This document shows, in pieces, positions 39,626 to 54,343 of a stretch of DNA of 64,000 nucleotides (its first letter is position 1; every line of letters starts with the position of its first letter). This DNA is from Eledone cirrhosa (Eukaryota). The stretch lies in NCBI GenBank assembly GCA_964016885.1, contig OZ024741.1:115072001-115136000 (forward strand), written 5' to 3'. The notes beneath the pieces were generated by a model that was not told where the DNA came from, did no database searches, and saw only the letters and a list, made by a program, of their open reading frames with translations. The translations under genes were made by a program, and so were the position numbers.

Positions 39626-42600
39626 ATAAATGCTCTGAAATAGCGATATATATGTGAATATAGACATAGAATATTCGAAAATATTCTGTATGTTTATAAT
39701 AAACATTTTGAAGACCTAATCGCTATAGAATAGAATACGTCACGTATTACAATTAGATTCTCGATAAAAGCAAGGGAAGTAATCTACGCGTTTCATTCTT
39801 GTTAGAATTCATCAGGACTACATATCCAGTGCTTTTATCGAGAATGACACAGCTAGAGACTTATAGAATACTTAGCTGTGTACAGGAACTGGTTTGAAAG
39901 AGCGGTTGCCGGTCCGGCAGAAATTAGAAATTGGAATAAATGCTCTGAAATAGCGATATATATGTGAATATAGACATAGAATATTCGAAAATATTCTGTA
40001 TGTTTATAATAAACATTTTGAAGACCTAATCGCTATAGAATAGAATACGTCACGTATTACAATTAGATTCTCGATAAAAGCAAGGGAAGTAATCTACGCG
40101 TTTCATTCTTGTTAGAATTCATCAGGACTACATATCCAGTGCTTTTATCGAGAATGACACAGCTAGAGACTTATAGAATACTTAGCTGTGTACAGGAACT
40201 GGTTTGAAAGAGCGGTTGCCGGTCCGGCAGAAATTAGAAATTGGAATAAATGCTCTGAAATAGCGATATATATGTGAATATAGACATAGAATATTCGAAA
40301 ATATTCTGTATGTTTATAATAAACATTTTGAAGACCTAATCGCTATAGAATAGAATACGTCACGTATTACAATTAGATTCTCGATAAAAGCAAGGGAAGT
40401 AATCTACGCGTTTCATTCTTGTTAGAATTCATCAGGACTACATATCCAGTGCTTTTATCGAGAATGACACAGCTAGAGACTTATAGAATACTTAGCTGTG
40501 TACAGGAACTGGTTTGAAAGAGCGGTTGCCGGTCCGGCAGAAATTAGAAATTGGAATAAATGCTCTGAAATAGCGATATATATGTGAATATAGACATAGA
40601 ATATTCGAAAATATTCTGTATGTTTATAATAAACATTTTGAAGACCTAATCGCTATAGAATAGAATACGTCACGTATTACAATTAGATTCTCGATAAAAG
40701 CAAGGGAAGTAATCTACGCGTTTCATTCTTGTTAGAATTCATCAGGACTACATATCCAGTGCTTTTATCGAGAATGACACAGCTAGAGACTTATAGAATA
40801 CTTAGCTGTGTACAGGAACTGGTTTGAAAGAGCGGTTGCCGGTCCGGCAGAAATTAGAAATTGGAATAAATGCTCTGAAATAGCGATATATATGTGAATA
40901 TAGACATAGAATATTCGAAAATATTCTGTATGTTTATAATAAACATTTTGAAGACCTAATCGCTATAGAATAGAATACGTCACGTATTACAATTAGATTC
41001 TCGATAAAAGCAAGGGAAGTAATCTACGCGTTTCATTCTTGTTAGAATTCATCAGGACTACATATCCAGTGCTTTTATCGAGAATGACACAGCTAGAGAC
41101 TTATAGAATACTTAGCTGTGTACAGGAACTGGTTTGAAAGAGCGGTTGCCGGTCCGGCAGAAATTAGAAATTGGAATAAATGCTCTGAAATAGCGATATA
41201 TATGTGAATATAGACATAGAATATTCGAAAATATTCTGTATGTTTATAATAAACATTTTGAAGACCTAATCGCTATAGAATAGAATACGTCACGTATTAC
41301 AACTAGATTCTCGATAAAAGCAAGGGAAGTAATCTACGCGTTTCATTCTTGTTAGAATTCATCAGGACTACATATCCAGTGCTTTTATCGAGAATGACAC
41401 AGCTAGAGACTTATAGAATACTTAGCTGTGTACAGGAACTGGTTTGAAAGAGCGGTTGCCGGTCCGGCAGAAATTAGAAATTGGAATAAATGCTCTGAAA
41501 TAGCGATATATATGTGAATATAGACATAGAATATTCGAAAATATTCTGTATGTTTATAATAAACATTTTGAAGACCTAATCGCTATAGAATAGAATACGT
41601 CACGTATTACAATTAGATTCTCGATAAAAGCAAGGGAAGTAATCTACGCGTTTCATTCTTGTTAGAATTCATCAGGACTACATATCCAGTGCTTTTATCG
41701 AGAATGACACAGCTAGAGACTTATAGAATACTTAGCTGTGTACAGGAACTGGTTTGAAAGAGCGGTTGCCGGTCCGGCAGAAATTAGAAATTGGAATAAA
41801 TGCTCTGAAATAGCGATATATATGTGAATATAGACATAGAATATTCGTACACAGCTAAGTATTCTATAAGTCTCTAGCTGTGTCATTCTCGATAAAAGCA
41901 CTGGATATGTAGTCCTGATGAATTCTAACAAGAATGAAACGCGTAGATTACTTCCCTTGCTTTTATCGAGAATCTAATTGTAATACGTGACGTATTCTAT
42001 TCTATAGCGATTAGGTCTTCAAAATGTTTATTATAAACATACAGAATATTTTCGAATATTCTATGTCTATATTCACATATATATCGCTATTTCAGAGCAT
42101 TTATTCCAATTTCTAATTTCTGCCGGACCGGCAACCGCTCTTTCAAACCAGTTCCTGTACACAGCTAAGTATTCTATAAGTCTCTAGCTGTGTCATTCTC
42201 GATAAAAGCACTGGATATGTAGTCCTGATGAATTCTAACAAGAATGAAACGCGTAGATTACTTCCCTTGCTTTTATCGAGAATCTAATTGTAATACGTGA
42301 CGTATTCTATTCTATAGCGATTAGGTCTTCAAAATGTTTATTATAAACATACAGAATATTTTCGAATATTCTATGTCTATATTCACATATATATCGCTAT
42401 TTCAGAGCATTTATTCCAATTTCTAATTTCTGCCGGACCGGCAACCGCTCTTTCAAACCAGTTCCTGTACACAGCTAAGTATTCTATAAGTCTCTAGCTG
42501 TGTCATTCTCGATAAAAGCACTGGATATGTAGTCCTGATGAATTCTAACAAGAATGAAACGCGTAGATTACTTCCCTTGCTTTTATCGAGAATCTAATTG

Positions 42601-43013
42601 TAATACGTGACGTATTCTATTCTATAGCGATTAGGTCTTCAAAATGTTTATTATAAACATACAGAATATTTTCGAATATTCTATGTCTATATTCACATAT
42701 ATATCGCTATTTCAGAGCATTTATTCCAATTTCTAATTTCTGCCGGACCGGCAACCGCTCTTTCAAACCAGTTCCTGTACACAGCTAAGTATTCTATAAG
42801 TCTCTAGCTGTGTCATTCTCGATAAAAGCACTGGATATGTAGTCCTGATGAATTCTAACAAGAATGAAACGCGTAGATTACTTCCCTTGCTTTTATCGAG
42901 AATCTAATTGTAATACGTGACGTATTCTATTCTATAGCGATTAGGTCTTCAAAATGTTTATTATAAACATACAGAATATTTTCGAATATTCTATGTCTAT
43001 ATTCACATATATA
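39621..43013. mobile_element. 310-bp tandem array with 11 minimal type I HHRs (non-LTR retrozyme-like), inverted at 41847
   Basis: Units start at 39621+310n (about 7.2 units), then about 3.8 inverted units from 41847; HHRs at 39779+310n (-, 7 copies) and 41909+310n (+, 4 copies). Confidence 0.95.
41909..41951 (+). ncRNA. Minimal type I hammerhead ribozyme (representative of the array)
   Basis: GTAGTC-CTGATGA-ATTCT aaca AGAAT-GAAA-CGCG-TA-GATTAC; all core positions canonical; predicted cut after 41945. Confidence 0.93.
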
Positions 43014-43100
43014 TATATATATATATACGTTAAATTCGTATACAGACAGATTTCAGGCCAGAATTTCCTCCCCCGTGTGAGATATACGTATCCACAGTTC

Positions 43101-43517
43101 GGAGGGAGATTTAGACTAGGGACAACAATTTCCCTTTTTCATATTTTTTCCACATGTCTGAAAGAAGAAGCAGTTTAAAAGGGCCTCCTCCCTTATTTCA
43201 TTAGAGAGTGGTAGCCATTACTTGATCCCAAAACCAAGAGGGAGGGAGATTTAGACTAGGGACAACAATTTCCCTTTTTCATATTTTTTCCACATGTCTG
43301 AAAGAAGAAGCAGTTTAAAAGGGCCTCCTCCCTTATTTCATTAGAGAGTGGTAGCCATTACTTGATCCCAAAACCAAGAGGGAGGGAGATTTAGACTAGG
43401 GACAACAATTTCCCTTTTTCATATTTTTTCCCCATGTCTGAAAGAAGAAGCAGTTTAAAAGGGTCTCCTCCCTTATTTCATTAGAGAGTGGTAGGCATGA
43501 CTTGATCCCAAAACCAA
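43101..43517. repeat. 140-bp tandem repeat, three copies
   Basis: GGAGGGAGATTTAGACTAGG starts at 43101, 43241 and 43381. Confidence 0.95.
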
Positions 43518-43574
43518 TGGTAGCACATACATGTTAAGTGTATGAAACTGTGTTTATACTACACACACGCACAC

Positions 43575-43692
<118 letters not shown>

Positions 43693-44619
43693 TATATATA
43701 TATAGTTAAGAAGTCCGCTTCCCAATCATGAGGTCCCGCTTTAGATCAGGCTGCATGGCATCTTAAGCATGTGTATTTTCGATAGACTCGTATTGGCCAA
43801 AGTCTTGTGAGTGAAATGGGGCAGATAGAATCATTGTGGAGGCCTGATAGATGTATCTACAATTCAAAAATACAGTCTAGTTACAACTGCATCAGACTGA
43901 ATCACGCGGAGTATTACATTCTTCTTCTTCTTTGACCCGAACTTCTATTGGAGTTGTAGGGGTGCCGTAGTAATATGCGGCGTTTTTGTGTACTTTTAAA
44001 CCCAATGGAGCGCACCTCTTTTCCAGGTCTGAACACATCAGATTTCTTCCGGAGAAAGACATAGATTAATAGAGAGAAACAGTGATAGAGAAGACGTGAG
44101 AAAGAGATATAGAAGAACAATCGACACCAGTAGTGGAAAATTGAGCTCAGAGAACCAAGAGCAAGAACGAATACCTGGAAGCATTCTGTTGCTCTAAGGA
44201 CTCTGCTAAATCGCCACTTATGATAGTTACATTAAGATATGTTAATTCGGAAGTAGGATGTTCAGTTGATCGAAAAACTGAATTCTCATCGTGAAATTCG
44301 ACGGAAGATCCACTCACAATTTCGGTGGCTTCATTGTAATAAAATATATTACTTACGTATCTAAAATTACTTGCTTATATAGAAAATGTAGATGGCCTTA
44401 TAGATGAGTACTCTCAATTTAACTGTTAATATGGGCATTTTATTTTCTCAAATTGCTTCGGGCAGTTATATAAATTGTGAAACATACAACAACGTAGGAT
44501 GTAAATTAACAATACAACGTCTCGATGAAAGACTACCAACGCGGTAATTCGATTTACTAGAATCGACAACTGTCTCAAAAACAGAAGGTTACACTAGATA
44601 ATATAGTACTATGGTACCA

Positions 44620-44947
<328 letters not shown>

Positions 44948-45004
44948 CAAAGAGGGTGCGGTAAGATACCAGATGGGCCATAAAAAAAACCGAAAACTCG
45001 GTTA

Positions 45005-45224
45005 GACAACGACGCTTAAGGATATCAATACGGAATACGAGATTAGCTGGTCGAAGTTATCGAATGCAAGGGCCTACAAAAATGGAATGTCACACTGTGG
45101 ACTTTGCAATATGGAGCTGCTCCATATTCTAAAATATAATAAAATGCTGCTCAATAATAAGATCGAGCGAACAATTTTATGTAGGCATAAAGCAGCCACC
45201 AAATTTTCCAACTTCAAACCGTGA
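45005..45224 (+). pseudogene. PLE GIY-YIG C-terminal fragment
   Basis: LKDINTEYEISWSKLSNARAYKNGMSHCGLCNMELLHIL..LLN..CRH, resembling the end of the 31627 ORF. Confidence 0.8.
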
Positions 45225-45804
45225 CCGGCATAATTCGATCTAGCGAGCTCAGTATCTAGTGAAAACCACCCGGATTAAAATGTATATTAGACCAACACCA
45301 ACGAACCAACTGGATACCGCCTCTGTTATTAGCCGTCCGTTGACCGGTCATTACATCAACCTCGGCAATCCGTCAATCTTTTTTCTTCTTTCTTTTCTTT
45401 TAATAGTCGCATCACCTCCATTAAGATAAATCAGTCAAACTATCCCAACCTTAATCACCCATTTGTTATCATTGACTCTTTTACTTTTTTATTCTCTATT
45501 TACCTATCTACCGTTTTCTGATTTTTATTCTTAGCTTTTATTTTTTTTTATTTTCTATCTCCGAATCCTTATTCTTTATTCTTTATCTTTATTTCCTATT
45601 CTTTATCTTTTAATTCTTATTTTTACTATTTATTATTTTTTACCACTTTTGCCAATTGATGAACTCAATTCACTATATTAGAACGGCGTTAATGCACCTG
45701 TTTACAAGAGACTAACACTTCGCCTATGATATATCGTCTATCCAAAAATTCTTTTCGTGTTACTATTATCATTACTGTCATTACTATTTTACACATCTAT
45801 CTAC

Positions 45805-46015
45805 AGTGTCGGTAGAGAGTCGGACGCCATGCTTTTCAGCAAAGGGTTACGGCCCTTTATGATCTGAGTTCAAATCCCACCAAGGTTAACTTTGTCTTTC
45901 ATCTTACGGGGTCGAGAAAATAAAGTACCAGTCATACACTGGTCCAATGTAATCGACTTTCCCCTCTCCCCCCAAAAAATAATTGCTGGCCTTGTGCCTA
46001 AAAAAGAAACCATTA
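45805..46015 (+). mobile_element. CORE-type SINE
   Basis: B box GAGTTCAAATCC, core ACGGGGTCGAGAAAATAAAGTACCAG, family tail. Confidence 0.85.
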
Positions 46016-46246
46016 TTATTATTGTTTTCATTTATGTTATTCTCTGATGTATCTATAAATACCACTGCCCTGTGTTATACACACGTCAGTATTCTGCTGA
46101 TTTGATCAGGCAAACACTGTAATTAAGGTTGAGTAACGTAATTTCTAGCGATCAGCGGCTTTTAGACTCACCTGATTAATGAAACAATTGCTAATACTGT
46201 AAACAAACCCTATTTGTACAGCCGACCATGTTATTCTTCACTCTTT

Positions 46247-46298
<52 letters not shown>

Positions 46299-46548
46299 AA
46301 GGTATATATTGAGTTAGAAATTCAAAAGTGTTTCTTACAATTAAATAGCTCAAAGAAAGGGGTTTTTCTGAGCCGTGTAATATAATTGAATATAAAAGAG
46401 ATATAAACACAGATATAAATATATATGTGTTCAAAACGTAAGGGACCAGATTCGCTAAGGTGAAAAAGTACTAACTATTAACAATAGGGTTTGCCAGACT
46501 GAATTTAAAATAATAAATCAAGTAAAGAAATGCAAACCGATATTGGGC

Positions 46549-46598
<50 letters not shown>

Positions 46599-46717
46599 GG
46601 AGAGATTCAAACACCTATTGCTGCGGTCTTTCAATTTTTCTAAGTCTTGTAAAAAAAACCTCGGAATGCTGGGTCTCCAACCAGTCTTTTCGCGATATGC
46701 TTAAAGCCAGGATATAT

Positions 46718-46800
<83 letters not shown>

Positions 46801-46802
<2 letters not shown>

Positions 46803-47037
46803 AGGGTGCTGAAAGGATCCTGGCTTTACGGGTAACGCGAAAAGGCTGGTTGGAGACCCACCATTCCGAGGTTTTTTTTACAAGGCTTAGAAAAATTGAA
46901 AGACCGCAGCAATAGGTGTATGAATTTGAGAGGTGAATATGTTGAATAAAGTTGAATTAACTGATTATTATGTTGAGGTAACTGAGCCTCCTGTAATTTC
47001 TTTTACTCAAAGCCAGGAACTTTTCAGAACCCCCTTG
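46801..47037 (+). mobile_element. Mariner-derived MITE (partial inverted copy at 46610-46710)
   Basis: Imperfect TIRs CGAGGG..CTGAAAGGATCCTGGCTTT / AAAGCCAGGAACTTTTCAG..CCCTTG-TA; encodes FFLQGLEKLKDRSNRCMNLRGEYVE*, like a mariner transposase C-terminus. Confidence 0.8.
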
Positions 47038-47061
47038 TATATATATATATACATATACACA

Positions 47062-47116
<55 letters not shown>

Positions 47117-47155
47117 ATGTGTGTGTGTGTGCGTGTGTGTGTGTGTGTGTATGTA

Positions 47156-47196
<41 letters not shown>

Positions 47197-47504
47197 ATAA
47201 ATAACAAGCATGTTTACGAGTCGAATGTACAAGTGAAACGAATATCTGAATGACACCATATAAAAACATGTCAAATACATTGAGATCGTATCTATAATTT
47301 ATTATTCTCGCTACTCATACTTATTATATATATTTATTTATCACTTAATGAACAAAGTAATAAAGGGGCTGGGGAATATGTATTTAACACTTTCGTTACA
47401 ATAATTCCAATAAATGACACTGTCAATGATTTTCCGATCATTTTGGAAACAATAAATGCATTTGGAGGTAATGTAACCAACTTTCTTATTATCGAGCTAT
47501 TGTA

Positions 47505-47932
47505 AGATGGTGGATTGACAGTATCAGCAGAACGTCAGCCAACATGCTTTGTGACATATAGTTACGCCCATTTGCGTTCTGAATTCAAATCTCACCGAGG
47601 TTAGCTTTGCCTTTCATCCTTACAGGTTCAATAAAGTAAAGCACCAACATCGCGCTGGGGGCGATTTAATCGACTTTCCTCTCTCCAAAGATTGTTGGCC
47701 TTGTGCCTAAATTAGAGACCATTATTAAGCTGGTGTATTAAGAGGCGGTGGATTGGCAGTATCGGTAGAGGGTCGGACAGCATGCGTTGACGCATAGTTA
47801 CGGCCCTTGCCATTCTGAGTTCAAATCCCACCGAGGTTAATCTTGCCTTTCATCCTTACGGGATCAATAAAATATAGTACCAGTAATACACTGGGTAATT
47901 GTTGGCCTTGTGCCAAATGTAGAAACAATTAT
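47505..47932 (+). mobile_element. Two tandem CORE-type SINEs
   Basis: Heads GGTGGATTG(A/G)CAGTATC at about 47509 and 47747; further copies at 48878-49092 (-), 51305-51460, 53452-53540, 55308-55515, 60560-60700. Confidence 0.85.
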
Positions 47933-48421
47933 TAAGCTGGGTTAAAGGTTCTTTAATAAAAATTATCATAGAAGGTTTTCAGATAAATTTAAACACTAAA
48001 ACAATTTTGTATTGTACAACTAAGGGAGAGTTCGCGATTTGTTATCAAAAGGCTTAATAGTACCAGAAAGCGTGTTTTTGTTTTGATAATTATAAAGAAT
48101 GTAAAAGTAGTTGCATTGAAACTCGACCAAGTAAACACTAGGATATTCTTTAGCATTAATACAATGGCACACATGCGATGTCATATATAATGTTATTTCA
48201 ATCTACCTATCAAGCTGTGACTGCCAAATACAAACCCTATTATCAGCTGTCACAACATACATGACATTACGAACACAATAAAATAAGTTATGCCGAATAC
48301 AAAAAACGAAGAAACTTCAAAAATGAAAATATGTAGGAAAGGTTTTGCTGCTATCAAACGTAAACCTATTAGTTTTGTTGAGTTATAAGCATAAAATGTG
48401 GGCGTGTTTATATCTAGATAG

Positions 48422-48660
48422 GTGGAAGCCGTGGCCTAGTGGTAAGTGTGTTGGACTTACGAATATAATGTTGTGGGTTCGATTTGTGGACTGGATTGTG
48501 TGTTGTGTTCTTCAGCAAAATACTTCATTTAGCTGCTCCAGTATAATCAGCTGAAAACGAGTACCAGCTGTAGCTGGGTGTTTAATTCTGCGTTGGACTC
48601 TCAGTCGCTTAACGTCATAGAAGCTGGGAAAAGCAGTTTCGGGATCCAGACACACTTTAC
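48422..48660 (+). mobile_element. tRNA-derived SINE, second family
   Basis: A box TGGCCTAGTGG, B box GGGTTCGATT. Confidence 0.7.
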
Positions 48661-49369
48661 TCTTTTGTTATAGGTAGGTAAAGCAAAATACATTTATGTT
48701 GGTTTCGGCGATGCCTTTTCAGTTCTTCTATCAACTGAATTACCTACTCATTAAAATAGCATATTAATTGCTGAGTATCCCACAAAAATGTGTAACCTTC
48801 ACATAATCTAAAACCAGAATCAACGTGACATCATGTGTGATAAGTACCTAATGAATTCCTCGGTTAGTTTAATAAAGGTTTCTTATATAGGCACAAGGCC
48901 AGCAATTTTGGTAGAGGGGAAGTCGATTAAATCGACCCCAGTGCGTGACTGGTACTTTATTTTATCGACCCCGTAAGGATGAAAGGCAAAGTTAACCTCA
49001 GCGGTATTTGAACTCAGATCATAAAGGGCCGTAACTTTATGCTGCAAAGCATGCAGTCTGACGCTCTACCGATACATCCAAACCACTGCCCTTGGTTAGT
49101 CTAATAATAGGATGGTTATTTAATTGTCAAACCCTTTTGTCAGGCATTCTGTGACCTCCTCAATGACTATTTCGCCCGTCGGTGTCCCTTCTTCATTTTG
49201 ATTTTGTTTTAATCTTACTTCTCTCAAGGCCTAAATATATCTGTTTCAACATACGATTTCACATCAAAAATCTTGAAAACAATTACAGAAACAAAGTAAA
49301 GACACACATACTTTCTCTCTCTCTCTATCTTTCACTCTCTCTCTCACACAAACACACATACACACTCCC

Positions 49370-49447
<78 letters not shown>

Positions 49448-50283
49448 GTGTGTGTGTGTAACACAAATTATACACACACGTAAACAGAAAGTAATCCTAA
49501 CTCTGTTATGTTTCTATACTAAGTTCCTAATTATGCTCACTTCTAATACAGGAAATCAGACGAGAGATTCATTTGATATTTTGACACAATACTATATCTT
49601 TGATGAATAAATTATCAAGTTGCTGATGAAAATCAAGTATGGAATGAGAAACTAAAGAATAAATAAAAAGATAGAGGTGAGTGAGCAATACAGAAAGGAA
49701 AAATGAGAAAAAATGCAGAGTATTTCAGATCGCAATCTCTTGGATAATTGGAGAATCCGGTGTTGGTGTATAAGAAATTCTGTTGGTCCTCCTTTAAAAG
49801 GCCGTGATTGAAGTCGTCTGTGCTGAAAAGGAGAAAAATAATGTTTAAATAGAGTGGAAGTGTTAGTGTCCGTGCGTGTGCGCGTGCGCGTGTGTGTATA
49901 TGTGTGTGTGATGGTGTGTGTGTTTGTGTGTGTGTCTGCGCGCGCGTGCGTGCGTGCGATTGTTGTTTATCTGTATGAAGCTATGAGGATATGTGTGTGC
50001 ATATATAGGTTTAAGAGTGTGCATGTGTGTATAAGTTTTAGAGGATGTGTGTGTGTGTGTGTTGTTGCTCTGTACAGAGCTGTGAGTGTAAGTGTAGAGG
50101 TGTGTGCATGTGTGTTGTTGGGCTGTACAAAGCTGTAAGTATGTGTGTTTCTTATCGTAACATAGCCAAAGGAACCTTGGGGTGAATGTGCGGGCGCGTG
50201 TGTGACTCCGAATGAGATTGATATGACAGTGGCTAGGAGTTTAGAAGTAAGTGCCTATGTATGGGTGCAAAGGTAAATAAAGA

Positions 50284-50385
50284 TTAGAGAAATTGGGGAG
50301 GGGAGTTGAGTCCATTAGGGAAACTGGACCCAAGGCGGAAAATCAGGCTCTGTTCAATCCGTATGCGTGAGGTAAATGACCAATG
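50284..50385 (-). pseudogene. PLE GIY-YIG extreme C-terminus
   Basis: SRIRIEQSLIFRLGSSFPNGLN resembles the R..E..I..L.T..P.GLN ending of PLE endonucleases. Confidence 0.7.
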
Positions 50386-50395
50386 ATGTGTGTGT

Positions 50396-50464
<69 letters not shown>

Positions 50465-50687
50465 CGCGCGCGTGTGCGCGCGTGTGTGTGCGTGTGTGTG
50501 CGTATGTGTGTGTGGGGTTTGGTGTCTGTAATTTTAAATGTGTATATACACGGTTGCTTTAAATGAAATGGCACGCTGTAATCGTTGCATAAGGCAGATC
50601 ATAGATAAGTCGCTTCCTAGTTTTTATTTTCGTTTTAGCCACTGTCCATCGCCTAAATCTTTTTATTTCTTTTTTAATTTCTCATTC

Positions 50688-50726
50688 TATTTTCTGATGA
50701 AGGACTAGCATCCGAAACGTTAATAC
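50688..50726 (+). ncRNA. Minimal HHR-like motif
   Basis: CTGATGA-aGGA ctagca TCC-GAAA-CG-TT; ACGT palindrome; stem I poor; points away from the 50284 PLE fragment. Confidence 0.6.
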
Positions 50727-51462
50727 TCTTTCCCTACTATATCAATCGTAAAACTAATGATACATTTCTTCATTACACTGTATCGTTTGCTTTCTTATTT
50801 CTGTTTGCCTTTTACACACACCCACACACATATATATAAATAATAGAGAAAAGGAAAAGGTTTTTTGTCATTAATATACAGGAAATCTCAAGGAAGAGAT
50901 AGCTACAAATATTTAGATCAGCGATGCATAGAAGCTCATTTTAACTCATGCCACAATCTCAGTCGGAGGAATAGAAGCCAAACTAACTAATACTAGAGAA
51001 TTTCGCTCGTATCCTATATCTCACTACAGTTTCTGGAATTGAGAAACAATATTAATTTTCTTAATAAATTAAGACAACCAGCATTGGAAGAAAATTTCTT
51101 TATCAGAGAGATTCTTTGAAAGAAGAAAATAATATTCATTTGTTAGTATGCGGAACAGTTACAAACGTACGTAGTTTGACAACTAAATGCTTACCAACGA
51201 AAATATGACAGGCTCATAATTATAAAGGAGTAATAAATATCAAACAGAAAAAAGAAAAGGTTTTTTGTCACTAATATATATGCCATCTCAATATGTATGT
51301 ATAAGGGTGGTGGATTGCCAGTATCAGTAAAGCGTCGGACATATGGCACAGGGCTACGCTCCTTTACGACCTGAGTTCAAATCCTACTGAGGTTAGCTTT
51401 ATCTTTTATCCTTACGGAATCGATAAAATATAGTACCAGTAATGCACTGGAGTCAGAAACCA

Positions 51463-51506
<44 letters not shown>

Positions 51507-51960
51507 AAGAAGAAATAGGACTAGAGAAGTTCTGGATGTTATTTATGTAACTCTTACATACCTTTAAAGGCTTCAGTCACAGATTACGGGTATGCTGGGG
51601 TACTACCTTGCTGTGATTTAGTCGATCATATTTCTTTGAAGCCTGGTATTTATCTAACAATCTCCGATTATCGACCCGGTAAATTACAGACACAGCCAAA
51701 TACTAAACATAACCACACACACACGTACACACAAAAACACACACACGATGTGATGTTGAACGGTGGAAGTAGAGTTTTGTTTGCTGATTCTGTGAATATC
51801 CAAATGAAACTCCATAGTAACAAGACGCAAAAGCTGACGTAGGCAATAACGCAAAGGATGACAGCGACACTAACGCGGACCCTAGTGCGATAAGAACATG
51901 ATGAGATAAAAAATATTATGTAAATTTATACATACATAAATATATACACCTTCCCCTACC

Positions 51961-52032
<72 letters not shown>

Positions 52033-52256
52033 TTTATTAAAATAACAGATTAAAGTTTAAGCAAAGAATCGCTGCTTTCACCCTTAACGGGATCTTCTGA
52101 AACTAACCAAGCAGCGATTCTTTGCTTAAACTTCAATCTATTATTTTAATAAATATTTGCTCTACGGTTCTTATATATTTGATATATATTTATCCTTATC
52201 GAGCCCTCTTTGGATTTTAGTCTTCAAATTTATTATTATTACTATATATATATATA

Positions 52257-53252
52257 TGCGACCAGTTGAGGATTTTGACTCGCTGTGTAAACATGGATTG
52301 CTGGAATATTGTTCTTCCTTGTTGCTAATCCAATAATATCCACTTTCTGTTACTTACCATCTGATTAATTGGTGAAATATATTTCTTTAATGGAATATAT
52401 TCAGGGAAGATTAATCATTAAAAGGTATCTATTTTTGAAGTTCTAGTTAACTTTATTTATGTTACCTACTAGCCATGCGTGGTTACACGCTTGTAAACAT
52501 TATCTCCTGTGATTATTCATGTTTATATTTATTTATACATATGTTAATCAATTTCTATTTATTATAAAATGCTCGGACCTACAAAATCTTTGAGCTTATT
52601 TTCCGGGCGATATGGCGCACGCCGTTAAGGCATGACACCCACAATTTCGATTTGGATTAAATTCATTTAATTTATCTTAATTTTGTATATAGGTATATAA
52701 AGACGGCTCCTTAATTGTAGAGCTACATCTGTTGAAAGGAATTGACTGCTATTTCTAGTTGTCGAATACCAATTCACGCCACTGAGACGAAGCCGCTGTG
52801 ATGTGTAAAAACAAGAAGTGGTAGCGGCCAGTTGAGGATTTTGACTCGCCGTGTAAACATGGATTGCTGGAATATTGTTCTTCCTTGTTGATAATCCAAT
52901 AATATCCACTTTCTGTGACTTACCATCTGATTAATTGGTGAAATATATTTCTTTAATGGAATATATTCAGGGAAGATTAATCATTAAAAGATATCTATTT
53001 TTGAAGTTCTAGTTAACTTTATTTATTTGTTACCTACTAGCCATGCGTGGTTACACGATTGTAAAAATTATCTCCTGTGATTATTCATGTTTATATTTAT
53101 TTATATGTATGTTAATCAATTTCTAGTTATTATAAAATGCTCGGACCTACAAAATCTTTGAACTTATTTTCCGGACGATATGGCGCACGCCGTTAAGGCA
53201 TGACACCCACAATTTCGATTTGGATTAAATTCATTTAATTTATCTTAATTTT
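52257..53252. repeat. Direct duplication of ~425 bp, spacing about 570 bp, between TA-rich runs
   Basis: 52258-52684 closely matches 52824-53252. Confidence 0.9.
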
Positions 53253-53778
53253 GGATATAGATATAGATATATATACGTCTGCAGTTTTTCTCTACCAGAT
53301 TTCACTCACAAATCAACCTCAGATTATAACAGAAAATACTTCCCCAAGGGGTCACGCAGTGGGACTGAATCCGAAAGCAGGTGGTTGTGAAGCGAACTTA
53401 TTAACCGCTCAGGTAATTCACTGCATTATTTTCAATAATTTCCTTTCATCAATTGCCTTTCATCCTTACGGGGTCGATAAAATAAAGTACCAGTAATGTA
53501 CTGATATTTGCTGGCCTTGTGCCTAAAGTAGAAACAATTATTTTCAATAATTTCAAATCTAACTATTATCATAAAAATTGCTTCAAATTTTTCCCCACAC
53601 AATATGGCCAGCTCAATTTCCAGAACTTTATATTTACATAACTTGTCGATTTCTTTAAGAGGGATGTTACAATCATCTGGATCTGATACTTTCATGAGCA
53701 GGCACTTCTGCTCTGTCTGTATTTACATTGATATAACAATAATTATGCTTATGTAATATAAAATGGATTGTCTGATGT

Positions 53779-53833
<55 letters not shown>

Positions 53834-54264
53834 GATTAGCTGATATTTCGTCGACGCAATAGAGAGACAGAGCGACGCTTCGAAACTTAATTTTAGTCAA
53901 TTTGGCAACATAAGCAATAAAATATTATATTTAACTTGATGAACCGCCAGAAATTACACGGGAAACATGAATTATTCTTCTTCATTATAATATTAATATA
54001 ATATCTAACGATACATGTACATGTATGCAGTATTATATTTCAGTAGCATATTGCAGTTCAGATTTTTGAAAATATGAATGTTAGCTACTTCTTCAATATT
54101 TCGTTTATTTGACAGAACAATGTACAATAAAATTAAAAGGAAATCCATTAGGATTTATTTAAACTAATTTTATATAATTTTAACCATAGGCTATTTTATG
54201 CTGAAAACGTAAACAACAAAACAAAACATAGATGTTAAGTAAATTCCCATATTTAAAATGCAAA

Positions 54265-54343
<79 letters not shown>

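Noticed and set aside
39621-43013. CRISPR array or ordinary satellite
   Set aside because: No unique spacers, eukaryotic context, and each unit carries a complete ribozyme motif
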